From a bacterium (GTDB lineage Bacteria > Auribacterota > UBA3054 > JAAYZF01), in contig JAAYZF010000159.1 of assembly GCA_012514975.1 (NCBI GenBank), positions 1-55,625 of the forward strand: 55,625 nucleotides of DNA, read 5' to 3'. Under the pieces are notes generated by a model. It was not told the origin of the DNA. It searched no databases and saw nothing but the letters and a program-made list of their open reading frames with translations. A program made the translations under genes and the position numbers. Below are positions 35,006 through 43,435 of the stretch, piece by piece; position 1 is the stretch's first letter; each line of letters starts with the position of its first letter.

Positions 35006-35854
35006 TCACTCGTCGCGCAGGCGCGCACGCTCGATCACGCCATGCTCCATCGGCTTGTTCTTCAGCACCTCGCCGGGGCCGTACACGCCGCTGTTGATGC
35101 GCGTGAGCGGATAGACAATCGTCCGCGGCCTGAGGAAAGTCCCTGGATCGGACACCGCGTTGCACCCGACCTGCGCGTAGTCGCCGAGGATGATGCCGAC
35201 CTTACGCCTGCCCAGGTCAATCCGCCGGCCGTTGACCGTGATTTTTATGGTGCCGTGTCCGCCGAAGACGTTGACGTTGGCCGCCGTGGCCTGGTTGCCG
35301 AAGTGGCTGCCATAGCCGCATATGCTGTCGCCAAGGTAGGAAGGGTGCGGAAACTGGGCATTGTCCATGACCACGGCATTCTTCAACTCGCCGCGGATCA
35401 CATCGTTGCGGCCGATGATCACTCCGCCGCGCAGGTACGCACCCGGGCGGATTTCCGTGCCGCAGCCAATGAGTGCCGGGCCCGCGATCCACGCGCCCCA
35501 GACGCTCGCCCCGGCGCCGATGTGCACGTCGCCGGCCGCCACATCGTACTCGCCGCCGCGCACCACCGCGCCCGCGCCGACGATGATCCGCCCCGGGCGC
35601 CCGCCGCCAAACACTCTGCCGGGCTGGAACACCGCGCCGGCCTCCACATGCACCGCAACACCGTCGATCCGCTCCACGCGGCACGCAGGCCCGTGCTGCG
35701 CGGCAAGCCACTCGGCGCAGTAGGGCGCGATCTGTCCCAGAGCGTCAACAACCGTCTCGACACCCGCGCGGTGGAACAAGGCCTCGTGCTCGAAGGGATG
35801 GGCCGCAAAGTCGAAGTACGCGGCGACACGGAGTTCATCTGGAGCGTCGGGCAT
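35006..35854 (-). CDS. Left-handed beta-helix (hexapeptide-repeat) transferase, GlmU C-terminal-like
   Basis: Repeated [LIV]G-type hexapeptides. The segment PHPSYLGDSICGYGSHFGNQATAANV...LGDYAQVGCNAV resembles the GlmU acetyltransferase domain. No nucleotidyltransferase domain. Confidence 0.7.
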   Translation of the reverse strand: MPDAPDELRVAAYFDFAAHPFEHEALFHRAGVETVVDALGQIAPYCAEWLAAQHGPACRVERIDGVAVHVEAGAVFQPGRVFGGGRPGRIIVGAGAVVRGGEYDVAAGDVHIGAGASVWGAWIAGPALIGCGTEIRPGAYLRGGVIIGRNDVIRGELKNAVVMDNAQFPHPSYLGDSICGYGSHFGNQATAANVNVFGGHGTIKITVNGRRIDLGRRKVGIILGDYAQVGCNAVSDPGTFLRPRTIVYPLTRINSGVYGPGEVLKNKPMEHGVIERARLRDE

Positions 35855-36944
35855 GCGTGCGTGACCGTTTGACGTTCTTGAGAGGCATTCTCCCGCCGTC
35901 GTGATAGAGGAACCGGAACTGCGGCGTGCGCTTCTCGACTGCCTGGAGATAGCGGAAGAATTGCTCGCCCGTGTCGAAGACGTGGCCTTTCTCGATGTAG
36001 CTGTCGGTGACGAACGGGCTGAGCGCGCGGGGGAAGATCATGTAGCGGCCCTTGTGGTAGTCGCGCGCGTGGCCCAGCTCATCCATCATGCCCGTGCTGA
36101 GCGGGGGGCGTTCGAGGTAGGGATGGATGGCGACGACGGCGTCGCACTTGCCGACATACCAGTGAAGGTCGCGGTGCACGGTGAACGAATACGTCGCCTC
36201 CTTGTCCTTGAGATCGAGCCCGAGGTCCCCCGTCGCGATCTCGATCTTCTGCGGGTCGATGACCACGCCATACTCGCGGAGGCGCTCGATGAACGCGGTG
36301 ATCTGGCCGCGCACCAGCGGTTCCGAGTGCGTCATGCTGTAGCTCGCGTAGTACACCGGCGCATCCCTGTCCGCGAAGAAGGAAATGAGATTCTGCGGGG
36401 GCTCGCCGACTGCCATCACGATATGGCGGACGCCCATGACCTTGGCCCAGTCCTCGCTCAGGCTCACTTCCTCGTTCATCCAGGCGAGCACTTCGTAGAT
36501 GGTGTGGTTGCGTTCCTTGATCACCTGGAGGAACTTGTCCGCCTCGGGCGGATGTTCGAGGCGTTTCTTGATAAGCCACTCGGCGTCGATGAGGGTGACG
36601 ATCAGGTCCGGCGCGATGAACTCCCGGATGTACTTGCTGTCCTTGAACTTGCGGTTGATGCGGTTCCACTCGACGGTGGCGGGCGCACGGACGATGACGT
36701 GTTCGTGGCCGTGTTTCTCGATCTCGAAGCCGATGCGCTCGTACTCGCGCTCGCGGATGAGTTCGAGGATGTAGTCGGTCGTGCCGAGCAGGCGCTCCAT
36801 GGGCTTCTCGCCGCCGCGGGTAAGGCGGTCGACGACATCGAAGTACGCGATGTCGATGCCGTGCTGGCCGGCGCTGTCGCACACGCGGCGCAGCCATGCC
36901 CGGTCTTCCAGGCCGGCAATGATGCCGGTAACGAGAATGCGCAT
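35835..36944 (-). CDS. Two-domain hypothetical protein B: degenerate P-loop kinase-like N-domain plus nucleoside 2-deoxyribosyltransferase-like C-domain
   Basis: Starts MRILVTGIIAGLED at ATG 36944 (the track ORF extension to 37268 is rejected). C-terminal VYYASYSM...CDAVVAIHPYLERPPLSTGMMDELGHARDYHKGRYMIFP fits the NDT/SLOG-like pattern. Distant paralog of 37519..38589. Confidence 0.7.
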   Translation of the reverse strand: MRILVTGIIAGLEDRAWLRRVCDSAGQHGIDIAYFDVVDRLTRGGEKPMERLLGTTDYILELIREREYERIGFEIEKHGHEHVIVRAPATVEWNRINRKFKDSKYIREFIAPDLIVTLIDAEWLIKKRLEHPPEADKFLQVIKERNHTIYEVLAWMNEEVSLSEDWAKVMGVRHIVMAVGEPPQNLISFFADRDAPVYYASYSMTHSEPLVRGQITAFIERLREYGVVIDPQKIEIATGDLGLDLKDKEATYSFTVHRDLHWYVGKCDAVVAIHPYLERPPLSTGMMDELGHARDYHKGRYMIFPRALSPFVTDSYIEKGHVFDTGEQFFRYLQAVEKRTPQFRFLYHDGGRMPLKNVKRSRTHARRSR

Positions 36945-36966
36945 ACCTGTCCGTGGTCGGCGGCTG

Positions 36967-37464
36967 TTACAGCTCGTAGTTTCTCTGGTATTCGGCGATG
37001 ACGTCGCCCGCCATGCGGATGTCCCCGTTGGGGCATCCCCATATGTTGCAGAAGCAGACGGCGTTCTGGTTCGTCGGGTTCTCGTCAAGGGAGAACATGA
37101 CGAATTCGCCGTTCCACTGGCAGTCGCACGGCGCAAGAACGGGCATCTCGATTCCGCAGGCGGGGCAGCAGATGTGCAGGCGGTCGCCCACCTGGAACTG
37201 CTCGCCGCCGATCCGGTCGCGCCGTTTGAGAAAGGGGGTGATGGTAACCAGCTCGTCGCCGCGCTCACCGACCACGTGGACCTTGATGCCGGGCAGGCCG
37301 TTGAACTGCTTGTTGTCGTCCGACACGAGCATGTGGCCGCGCGGGCAGAACGCCTGGTGAATGTGGATCGAGCCCTCGAGGTGCACGCCGCGCTTTTTCA
37401 GCTCGTCCACCAGGTGTGTGCGTTCGGGCACAATCAGCCGTCCGTCATCGTCAAACCGTTGCAT
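36967..37464 (-). CDS. Cysteine-rich hypothetical protein (165 aa, 9 Cys)
   Basis: Cys clusters FCPRGH, ICCPACG, CDC and CFCNIWGCPNG. ATG preceded by AAGGTG. Sits between the two paralogs. Confidence 0.65.
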   Translation of the reverse strand: MQRFDDDGRLIVPERTHLVDELKKRGVHLEGSIHIHQAFCPRGHMLVSDDNKQFNGLPGIKVHVVGERGDELVTITPFLKRRDRIGGEQFQVGDRLHICCPACGIEMPVLAPCDCQWNGEFVMFSLDENPTNQNAVCFCNIWGCPNGDIRMAGDVIAEYQRNYEL

Positions 37465-37517
37465 AGATGCACCTTAAGTGTCTGGGAATCTGTTGAATCA
37501 TGTCATCCAGCAGGGCT

Positions 37518-37523
37518 ATTATA
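37518..37523 (-). promoter_or_regulatory. TATAAT box overlapping the stop of protein A, upstream of the Cys-rich gene
   Basis: Perfect TATAAT on the minus strand, 53 nt upstream of ATG 37464. Confidence 0.35.
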
Positions 37524-38589
37524 CTCCTTTGCCCCCTTTTTCGCCAGTGGCGCACGGCGTGAGCGCCGCGTCGGCAAACTCCGTGAACGCCGCGATGTCC
37601 GGGAAAATCCGCGTGCAGTACCGCTCGAAAAACGGGCTCCGCTGCCCGTCGAAGATGGCGTACACCGACTTGTTCCTCGTGTGCGCGTAGATCATTTCGC
37701 TGATCACGCCGGGCGAAAGCTTGTCCGTCGGGTAATAGACGACGATGAAATCGCTCTGGTCGATGAACCGGTAGTCGCGCGTGACGGTGCGGTGTTTGAC
37801 CTGCTGGACGACGGTCTCGTTCAGCTCCATGATGTCCAGCGCGCCGGTCTCGAGAGAGTCATGACGCTTCTCCGTTGCGTGCGCAAGCTCCATGTCCTTG
37901 ATATGAAGCGGGTCGAAGACGACGAACCGCGCGGTGAGGTCGCGGCCGAATTGCTGGATGGTCGCAAGGAGCTGGGGCCGCTCCCGGCGGATCGTCGTGA
38001 TCGGGTAGCTCAGGTACATCCGCGGCATCGCGCTGTCGAACAGCAGCTTCGCCAGGTTGTCCACGTAGTGATCGCGCGCGATCACCCAGCAGGGCTTCTG
38101 CTGGAAGTCGGCAAGCGTGCGCGTGACGAAATCCTCCTCGTCAAGCCAGGTGTTCAGGTCGTCAAGCGTCGGCGTGCGCTCCCACTCCTTGCTGTGCCTG
38201 ATCCGCTCGTGGATTTCCTTGAGATTGTCGACCACGTTGATGTAGACGTCCGGCTTCAGCTTCATGATGTCGCTGAAGTTGAACCCCGGGAGCAACTGGT
38301 TCCGCCACCGGAACGTCAGGTGAATGCTGATGAACGCGTCCTTGACCGACTCGATTCCGCGCAGGATGCGCTCGCACGCCGCAACGCGCAGCGCCTTGAG
38401 CAGGTTCGTGTCCACGTCAAGAATCCTCCCGTCCGAGATCGACAGCTTCTGTTCGTCTATGATCTCGAAGATCGTCTTGCCGATGTCGAAGACGCCCACG
38501 TTGTGCCCGTGCGTGTTGCAGTGCGCCGCCAGTTCCCCGGCCAGATCGCCTTTCTCGCTCCCGCTGATTCCCGTGAAGAGTACGCGCAT
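37519..38589 (-). CDS. Two-domain hypothetical protein A: archaeal-AdkA-like kinase fold (degenerate P-loop) plus nucleoside 2-deoxyribosyltransferase-like C-domain
   Basis: Starts MRVLFTGISGSEKGD at ATG 38589. By eye the N-domain is collinear with archaeal adenylate kinases. C-terminal MYLSYPIT...SDFIVVYYPTDKLSPGVISEMIYAHTRNKSVYAIF fits the NDT-like pattern. Confidence 0.7.
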   Translation of the reverse strand: MRVLFTGISGSEKGDLAGELAAHCNTHGHNVGVFDIGKTIFEIIDEQKLSISDGRILDVDTNLLKALRVAACERILRGIESVKDAFISIHLTFRWRNQLLPGFNFSDIMKLKPDVYINVVDNLKEIHERIRHSKEWERTPTLDDLNTWLDEEDFVTRTLADFQQKPCWVIARDHYVDNLAKLLFDSAMPRMYLSYPITTIRRERPQLLATIQQFGRDLTARFVVFDPLHIKDMELAHATEKRHDSLETGALDIMELNETVVQQVKHRTVTRDYRFIDQSDFIVVYYPTDKLSPGVISEMIYAHTRNKSVYAIFDGQRSPFFERYCTRIFPDIAAFTEFADAALTPCATGEKGGKGV

Positions 38590-38611
38590 AATGCCTGCTG
38601 AATGTCCGTGG

Positions 38612-39706
38612 TTAGCCGCTGGTCGCTGCAGCGCCACGCAGCCTGCGCAGCTGGCCGCACGCGGCGTTGATATCCACGCCCTTTCTCCGGCGGACGAGTG
38701 CATGGACCTGGTTGTGTTCGAGCTGGCGGAGGAACTGCGCCGTCTGGTCCTCCGTGGGCGCCTGGAACTCGTTGCTGAACACGGGATTGTACGGAATGAC
38801 GTTCACCTTGGAAGGCACCCGGTGGGCCAGCGCGGCAAGCTGCTGCGCATCGCGCTGCGAATCGTTGACATACGCGAGAAGCACATACTCGAACGTGATG
38901 TCCCGCCCCGTCGCGCGATGATAGGCTTCGAGCGCGCGCATCAGATCGAAGATCGTCGACGGGCAATGCGCGATCAGCCTGCGGCGCAGCGCGTCATGCG
39001 TTGCATGCAGCGAGATCGCCAGATTCATCTGCGGCGCGTCATGCGCAAGCTGCCTGATGCCGGGGATGACGCCCGTGGTGGAGACGGTCATCCTGCGCGC
39101 GCCGATGTGCATGCCATGCTCGTCGTTAAGGATGGCCACTGCCCTGATGAACTGGTCGTAGTTCAGCAGCGGCTCGCCCATGCCCATGAAGACGACATTG
39201 TTCACCGCCGCGCGCGCGTGGGCGTGCTGCGCGTGAAGCACCTGCTCGACGATCTCCCCCGCCGCAAGGTTCCGCGTGTACCCCTCGCTGCCGCTCGCGC
39301 AGAATGCACAGCGGATCGGGCAGCCCACCTGCGTCGAGACGCATACCGTCGCATGCGCGCCCATGGGAATCCAGACGGACTCGACCGCCTCGCCGTCGGG
39401 CAGGCCGATGAGCCGCTTCTCGCTGCGGTCGCTGCTCGTGTGCGTGGTGATGACATGCGTGCGCATTAACACGAGGCGCCGGGAGAGCTCCGCGCGCATC
39501 TCGCGGGACAGGTTGGACATCCGCGCGCCGTCGGCGGCGTTTTTCCTGTACACCCAGTCCCACAACTGCGCGGCGCGGAAACCGGGCCATCCCTGCGCGG
39601 CGCACCATGCGGCCGTTTCAGCGAAGGTCCATCCGGTGAACACCGGAAGCTCCTGTGCGCCCGTGCGCTGCGGCGTGCGACCGCCTGTGTGCAGTGTGCC
39701 GGTCAT
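38612..39706 (-). CDS. rlmN: 23S rRNA/tRNA (adenine-C2)-methyltransferase, radical SAM
   Basis: Radical-SAM CxxxCxxC motif (GCPIRCAFCASG), FMGMGEPLLN, and a C-terminal CGQL. 364 aa. Confidence 0.92.
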   Translation of the reverse strand: MTGTLHTGGRTPQRTGAQELPVFTGWTFAETAAWCAAQGWPGFRAAQLWDWVYRKNAADGARMSNLSREMRAELSRRLVLMRTHVITTHTSSDRSEKRLIGLPDGEAVESVWIPMGAHATVCVSTQVGCPIRCAFCASGSEGYTRNLAAGEIVEQVLHAQHAHARAAVNNVVFMGMGEPLLNYDQFIRAVAILNDEHGMHIGARRMTVSTTGVIPGIRQLAHDAPQMNLAISLHATHDALRRRLIAHCPSTIFDLMRALEAYHRATGRDITFEYVLLAYVNDSQRDAQQLAALAHRVPSKVNVIPYNPVFSNEFQAPTEDQTAQFLRQLEHNQVHALVRRRKGVDINAACGQLRRLRGAAATSG

Positions 39707-40461
39707 AGATCGTCTATGTCCGCCTGTGTGCCGCGAAGATCAACCACCTCATACCCGTCAAGCGCCGGCGTGAACGCGGCGGCGGCGACGGCAACGTTGG
39801 TCGTGACGCGCGAGATGGTCACAAGGATCACGTTGCCGTTCACATCCTCGATCGAAATGTTGTCCGGCAGCACCGCGTCCTTCGCGAACGAGACCGTGCG
39901 CCGGCGGCTTCGGCTGCGTTCCTCGATCCGGTACATCCCGTCGGCCTCCTTCACGGTCGCGCCGGACAGTGTGGAAGGCCACCAGCCGCCGGGCAGGCGC
40001 TGCAGCTCGGCAAAGAAGTACGCCGGGATGCGCACCGAGCGCAGGTGGTCGACGCGGTCGCAGACGTATGCCTGGCCCTTCATTTCGTCGATCAGGTACC
40101 ACGTGCCGCCGGTATGGAGCACGTCAAAGACCGGGAGGCCGAGCCGCGAGATGCGCATGCGCAGCGCCGCGCCGGGCTGCCAGAGGCAGACGGCCTTTGC
40201 ACGCACGCTCTGCGCGGCGTCGCTGCGTTCGATGCCGGTCCCCACGTCAATGTCGTGGATGCCCGGCATGTCGGCCGCGATGTTCATGGCGAATTTCGTC
40301 ACGCCGACGCCGTTGGTGCCGCGGGGGATGCCGGCGAGCACCGCGTCCGCCCGCGGCGCGTCAAGCGTGGTGAACGCGGGCGCGGCGCCGCGCCAGAACG
40401 CACAGCCGCCCAGCGCGAGCGCGCAGGCGGTCATTGCGACTGCAGAACGCCATTGATCCAT
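39703..40461 (-). CDS. Lipoprotein, possibly LolB/DUF4292-like
   Basis: Signal peptide with a lipobox (AVAMTACALALGGC). The size and beta-rich sequence fit lipoprotein-sorting folds. An alternative ATG at 40434 gives an ATGA overlap. The functional call is tentative. Confidence 0.5.
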   Translation of the reverse strand: MDQWRSAVAMTACALALGGCAFWRGAAPAFTTLDAPRADAVLAGIPRGTNGVGVTKFAMNIAADMPGIHDIDVGTGIERSDAAQSVRAKAVCLWQPGAALRMRISRLGLPVFDVLHTGGTWYLIDEMKGQAYVCDRVDHLRSVRIPAYFFAELQRLPGGWWPSTLSGATVKEADGMYRIEERSRSRRRTVSFAKDAVLPDNISIEDVNGNVILVTISRVTTNVAVAAAAFTPALDGYEVVDLRGTQADIDDL

Positions 40462-41093
40462 AGTTCACGGAAGGAAAGGGTTGTGTCATCGCCGCCAAGC
40501 GTGCGCACGCGCGTCTGGCGGATGCGGCCAGTCACCGTGTTCAGCCACACCACGTGCAGCATCGCCGACCGGCCATACTCGGCGAACGCCTGCTCGCGCT
40601 TCTCCCGCTGGTCCGGCCTCAGATACGCCGTGATGACCGTCTCGTCGCCCTCGACGCGCAGTTGGAAATCGAACGCGCGCCCGTCGGCAAAGGTGGCGAT
40701 TCCCAGCACGTCGTCGAGCACGCGCTCATGGCCGGCAAGAGGGCGGACATCCTGCCAGTCGTGCCCGGCGGACGCCGTCGTCGCCACGCCGTTGCTGACG
40801 AGAAGAAGGTAGCCGCACGGGCCCGCGACGTCCATGCGGAGCACGTCTGGCGCGGCGTATGCGATCGCGCAGTCGGCGTTCACCGGCTCGCGCAGCCCCG
40901 CTGTCCGACGCACCATGTGTGCCCTGGCAACAAGCGTGGTGATGCCGGCGACCGTGGCGCGCAACTGGCGCACGGTTCCCTCGAGGAATGCAGGCACCTC
41001 GCGCGCACCCGGCTGCTCGGGCGGGGCGCTCACCGCCGCGGGCGCCGCCGCGCAGCACAGGAGACAGATGCTCAGCCAGGGCTTCATCGCCAT
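40431..41093 (-). CDS. LolA-like / outer-membrane lipoprotein-sorting family protein
   Basis: Cleavable signal peptide (MAMKPWLSICLLCCAAAPAAVSA). About 200-aa beta-rich body resembling the LolA-like fold family. Tentative. Confidence 0.5.
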   Translation of the reverse strand: MAMKPWLSICLLCCAAAPAAVSAPPEQPGAREVPAFLEGTVRQLRATVAGITTLVARAHMVRRTAGLREPVNADCAIAYAAPDVLRMDVAGPCGYLLLVSNGVATTASAGHDWQDVRPLAGHERVLDDVLGIATFADGRAFDFQLRVEGDETVITAYLRPDQREKREQAFAEYGRSAMLHVVWLNTVTGRIRQTRVRTLGGDDTTLSFRELWINGVLQSQ

Positions 41094-41107
41094 CGTGTCC
41101 GTTCACG

Positions 41108-41671
41108 TCAGGCGCGCAGGTCGGGCATGCCGATCAGGTGCAGGAACTCCTGCCGCGTACGCGCGTCGCTTTTGAACCGGCCCTCCATGGCGCTGGTCGT
41201 CGTGTGCGAGCTCACCTTCTGCACGCCGCGCATCGCCATGCAGAGATGGGTGGCCTCGCAGACCACGCCGACGCCCATCGGCTTGAGATAGTCGTGCAGG
41301 CATCGTGCGATCTGCATGGTCATCCTCTCCTGCAGTTGCAGCCGCCGGGAGAATACATCCACAATCCGCGGAATCTTGCTCAGGCCGATGACGCGCCCCT
41401 TGGGCAGGTAGGCCACGTGGATCTTGCCGAAGAAGGGCAGGAGATGATGTTCACAGAGGCTGTAGAAATCGATGTTCTTCACGACCACCATCTCGTCGTA
41501 GTCCTCCTTGAAGATGGCGCCGTTCATCTCCTGCTCGATGTCCGCGGCGTACCCCGAGGAGAGGAACGCGTAGGCGTCAACCATGCGCGCGGGCGTGTCC
41601 CGCAGGCCCACGCGGTCAGGATCGTCTCCCAGCCTCTTGATGAACTCCCGGTAGAATTCCAGATCAGTCAT
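41108..41671 (-). CDS. folE: GTP cyclohydrolase I
   Basis: DTPARMV, FYSLCEHHLLPFFGK, GLSKIPRIV and QLQERMT motifs. 187 aa. Confidence 0.95.
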   Translation of the reverse strand: MTDLEFYREFIKRLGDDPDRVGLRDTPARMVDAYAFLSSGYAADIEQEMNGAIFKEDYDEMVVVKNIDFYSLCEHHLLPFFGKIHVAYLPKGRVIGLSKIPRIVDVFSRRLQLQERMTMQIARCLHDYLKPMGVGVVCEATHLCMAMRGVQKVSSHTTTSAMEGRFKSDARTRQEFLHLIGMPDLRA

Positions 41672-42081
41672 GCATGTTCCAGTGTCACCTTGTTGCGTTC
41701 CGATTCGGCGAGATCGAGCCGCACGAGCCGCACGCCTATGGCAGCGAGGGGCTCTTCGAGCCGGTGCGCGAGGACAAGGGCGACGTTCTCCATCGTGGTC
41801 ACCACGCCGCGCAGAAAGGGAACGTCAGTGTTAAGATCGCGGTGATCGAGCTCGTTGACCACCTCGCGCAGCAGCACCTCGTGCAGCAGCGTCACGTTCA
41901 CGATCATCCCCGTCTTCAGATCGTGCGGCCCGGTCACGCTCACCGTCAGGGCGTAATTGTGCCCGTGCCCGCCCGGCGTGGCGCATTTGCCGAACACGGC
42001 GCAGTTCTGCTCGTCGGTGAGCTCCGGGCTGTGCAGGCGGTGCGCGGCGCTGAAACAGACTGTGCGGCTGACGGTAAGCAT
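41668..42081 (-). CDS. 6-pyruvoyl-tetrahydropterin synthase / 6-carboxy-tetrahydropterin synthase (PTPS/QueD family)
   Basis: 137 aa from ATG 42081. FSAAHRL, FGKCATPGGHGHNY and LDHRDLN motifs. ATGA overlap with folE. The track extension to 42534 is rejected. Confidence 0.88.
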   Translation of the reverse strand: MLTVSRTVCFSAAHRLHSPELTDEQNCAVFGKCATPGGHGHNYALTVSVTGPHDLKTGMIVNVTLLHEVLLREVVNELDHRDLNTDVPFLRGVVTTMENVALVLAHRLEEPLAAIGVRLVRLDLAESERNKVTLEHA

Positions 42082-42083
42082 GG

Positions 42084-43268
42084 TCACTTCAGTATCGAGC
42101 TCGCCATGAGCGAGAAATTGGAGAACACGAAGTTGTGCACCTGCTCGCCGTTGAAGAAGTACCTGCGCTCGACGCGCGCGGAGATCGAAGTGTACACCTC
42201 GTAGGGGATCGTGTCCATCTCGCGGGCAAGCTCGTGCACGGTGATCTCGTCGCCAAGCTGCCTGCCGAGGAGGACGACTTCGTCTCCCACCATCACGTCG
42301 TTCACAAGGCCCAGGTCCACCGTCGTCTGGTCCATGCTGATGCGGCCGACCACCGGGTAGCGCATGCCGCGGATGAGCACATGGGCCCTGCCGCTGAGGA
42401 TGCGGTGGAACCCGTCGCCGTAGCCCACCTCGATGGTCGCGATCTTCGTGTGCTTCTTCGCCTTGTGCGCGGCGCCGTAGCCGATGCACTGCCCCGTGTA
42501 GACTTCCTTGATGAACGTCACGTTCGTCTTCCACGCAAGCAGCGGCCTGCCCGGGGCGTCCGTCCGCACTTTCCCGCCCGCCTGGGGGCAGCCGCCGTAC
42601 AGCAGTATCCCGGGGCGCACCATGTCGTAGTCGCAGTGCGCGATGTTCATGAACCCGCCGCTGTTCGCGATATGCTTGATCGGTATGTCGACGTTGCGTT
42701 CCTTCAGGTACTTGAGCACCCGCTTGAACCGGTCGTGCTGGCCGATCGCGTAGTGGATGTCATCCTCGTCGGCGGTGGCGAAGTGGCTCATGATGCCTTC
42801 CACCTGCAGGTTGCTGAGCTGCGTCGCCTTCCAGATGTCCTCGAGCGTGTGCTCGGCGTCGAACCCGATGCGCCCCATGCCCGTGTCGATCTTCAGGTGG
42901 ACGGGCAGCCGCGTGTGCAGCCGGCGCGACGCCTCGTTCATCGCATGCGCGTTCTCGAGGTCGACGATGATTGGCGTGATGCGGTGGACGAAGAGCGCCT
43001 TGGCGTCGTCCGGCTCGCACGGGCCGAGCACGAGGATGCGCGCCTCGGGCACGTAGGCCTTGATCTCGAGCGCTTCGCGCAGCGTCGCCAGCCCCAGCCA
43101 TTCCACCCCGAACTCGTGCGCCGCCTTGGCCATCGCTTCGAGCCCGTGGCCGTAGGCATTGGCCTTCAGCGGCACCATCAGCTTGCACCCCTGCGGCAAA
43201 GCGGCGCGCACAAGCCGGATGTTGTCCCGGAAGGCATTAAGGTCGATTTCCGTCCACGAGTAGTACAT
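42084..43268 (-). CDS. alr: Alanine racemase
   Basis: MYYSWTEIDL..., PLP-lysine motif VPLKANAYGHG, and a C-terminal beta domain. ATG at 43268. The track extension to 43703 is rejected. Confidence 0.92.
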   Translation of the reverse strand: MYYSWTEIDLNAFRDNIRLVRAALPQGCKLMVPLKANAYGHGLEAMAKAAHEFGVEWLGLATLREALEIKAYVPEARILVLGPCEPDDAKALFVHRITPIIVDLENAHAMNEASRRLHTRLPVHLKIDTGMGRIGFDAEHTLEDIWKATQLSNLQVEGIMSHFATADEDDIHYAIGQHDRFKRVLKYLKERNVDIPIKHIANSGGFMNIAHCDYDMVRPGILLYGGCPQAGGKVRTDAPGRPLLAWKTNVTFIKEVYTGQCIGYGAAHKAKKHTKIATIEVGYGDGFHRILSGRAHVLIRGMRYPVVGRISMDQTTVDLGLVNDVMVGDEVVLLGRQLGDEITVHELAREMDTIPYEVYTSISARVERRYFFNGEQVHNFVFSNFSLMASSILK

Positions 43269-43277
43269 ATCCGTCCT

Positions 43278-43306
43278 ATTATACCCGCAATCTCCCGCGC
43301 GGTCAA
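43278..43306 (-). promoter_or_regulatory. Near-consensus sigma-70 promoter TTGACC-N17-TATAAT upstream of alr
   Basis: The -10 ends 9 nt before ATG 43268, which implies a leaderless or very short leader. Confidence 0.6.
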
Positions 43307-43435
43307 TGTCTGCCGCCGAAGCGCGCGGGAAAGAGCGGCAGCCGGCGCGCTCCGCGCTTCTGTGTCTCTGTGGTGAAATCGCCGGAGGGGGATTCCGTTC
43401 CTTTGGAGGATGCGCGCCGGCGCGCGCGAACGACG

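Noticed and set aside
41108-42081. FolE plus QueD-like pair as part of a 7-deazaguanine DNA-modification (Dpd-type) defence island
   Set aside because: No queC, queE, tgt/dpdA or helicase/nuclease dpd genes are nearby. The flanking genes are housekeeping (alr, LolA-like, rlmN).
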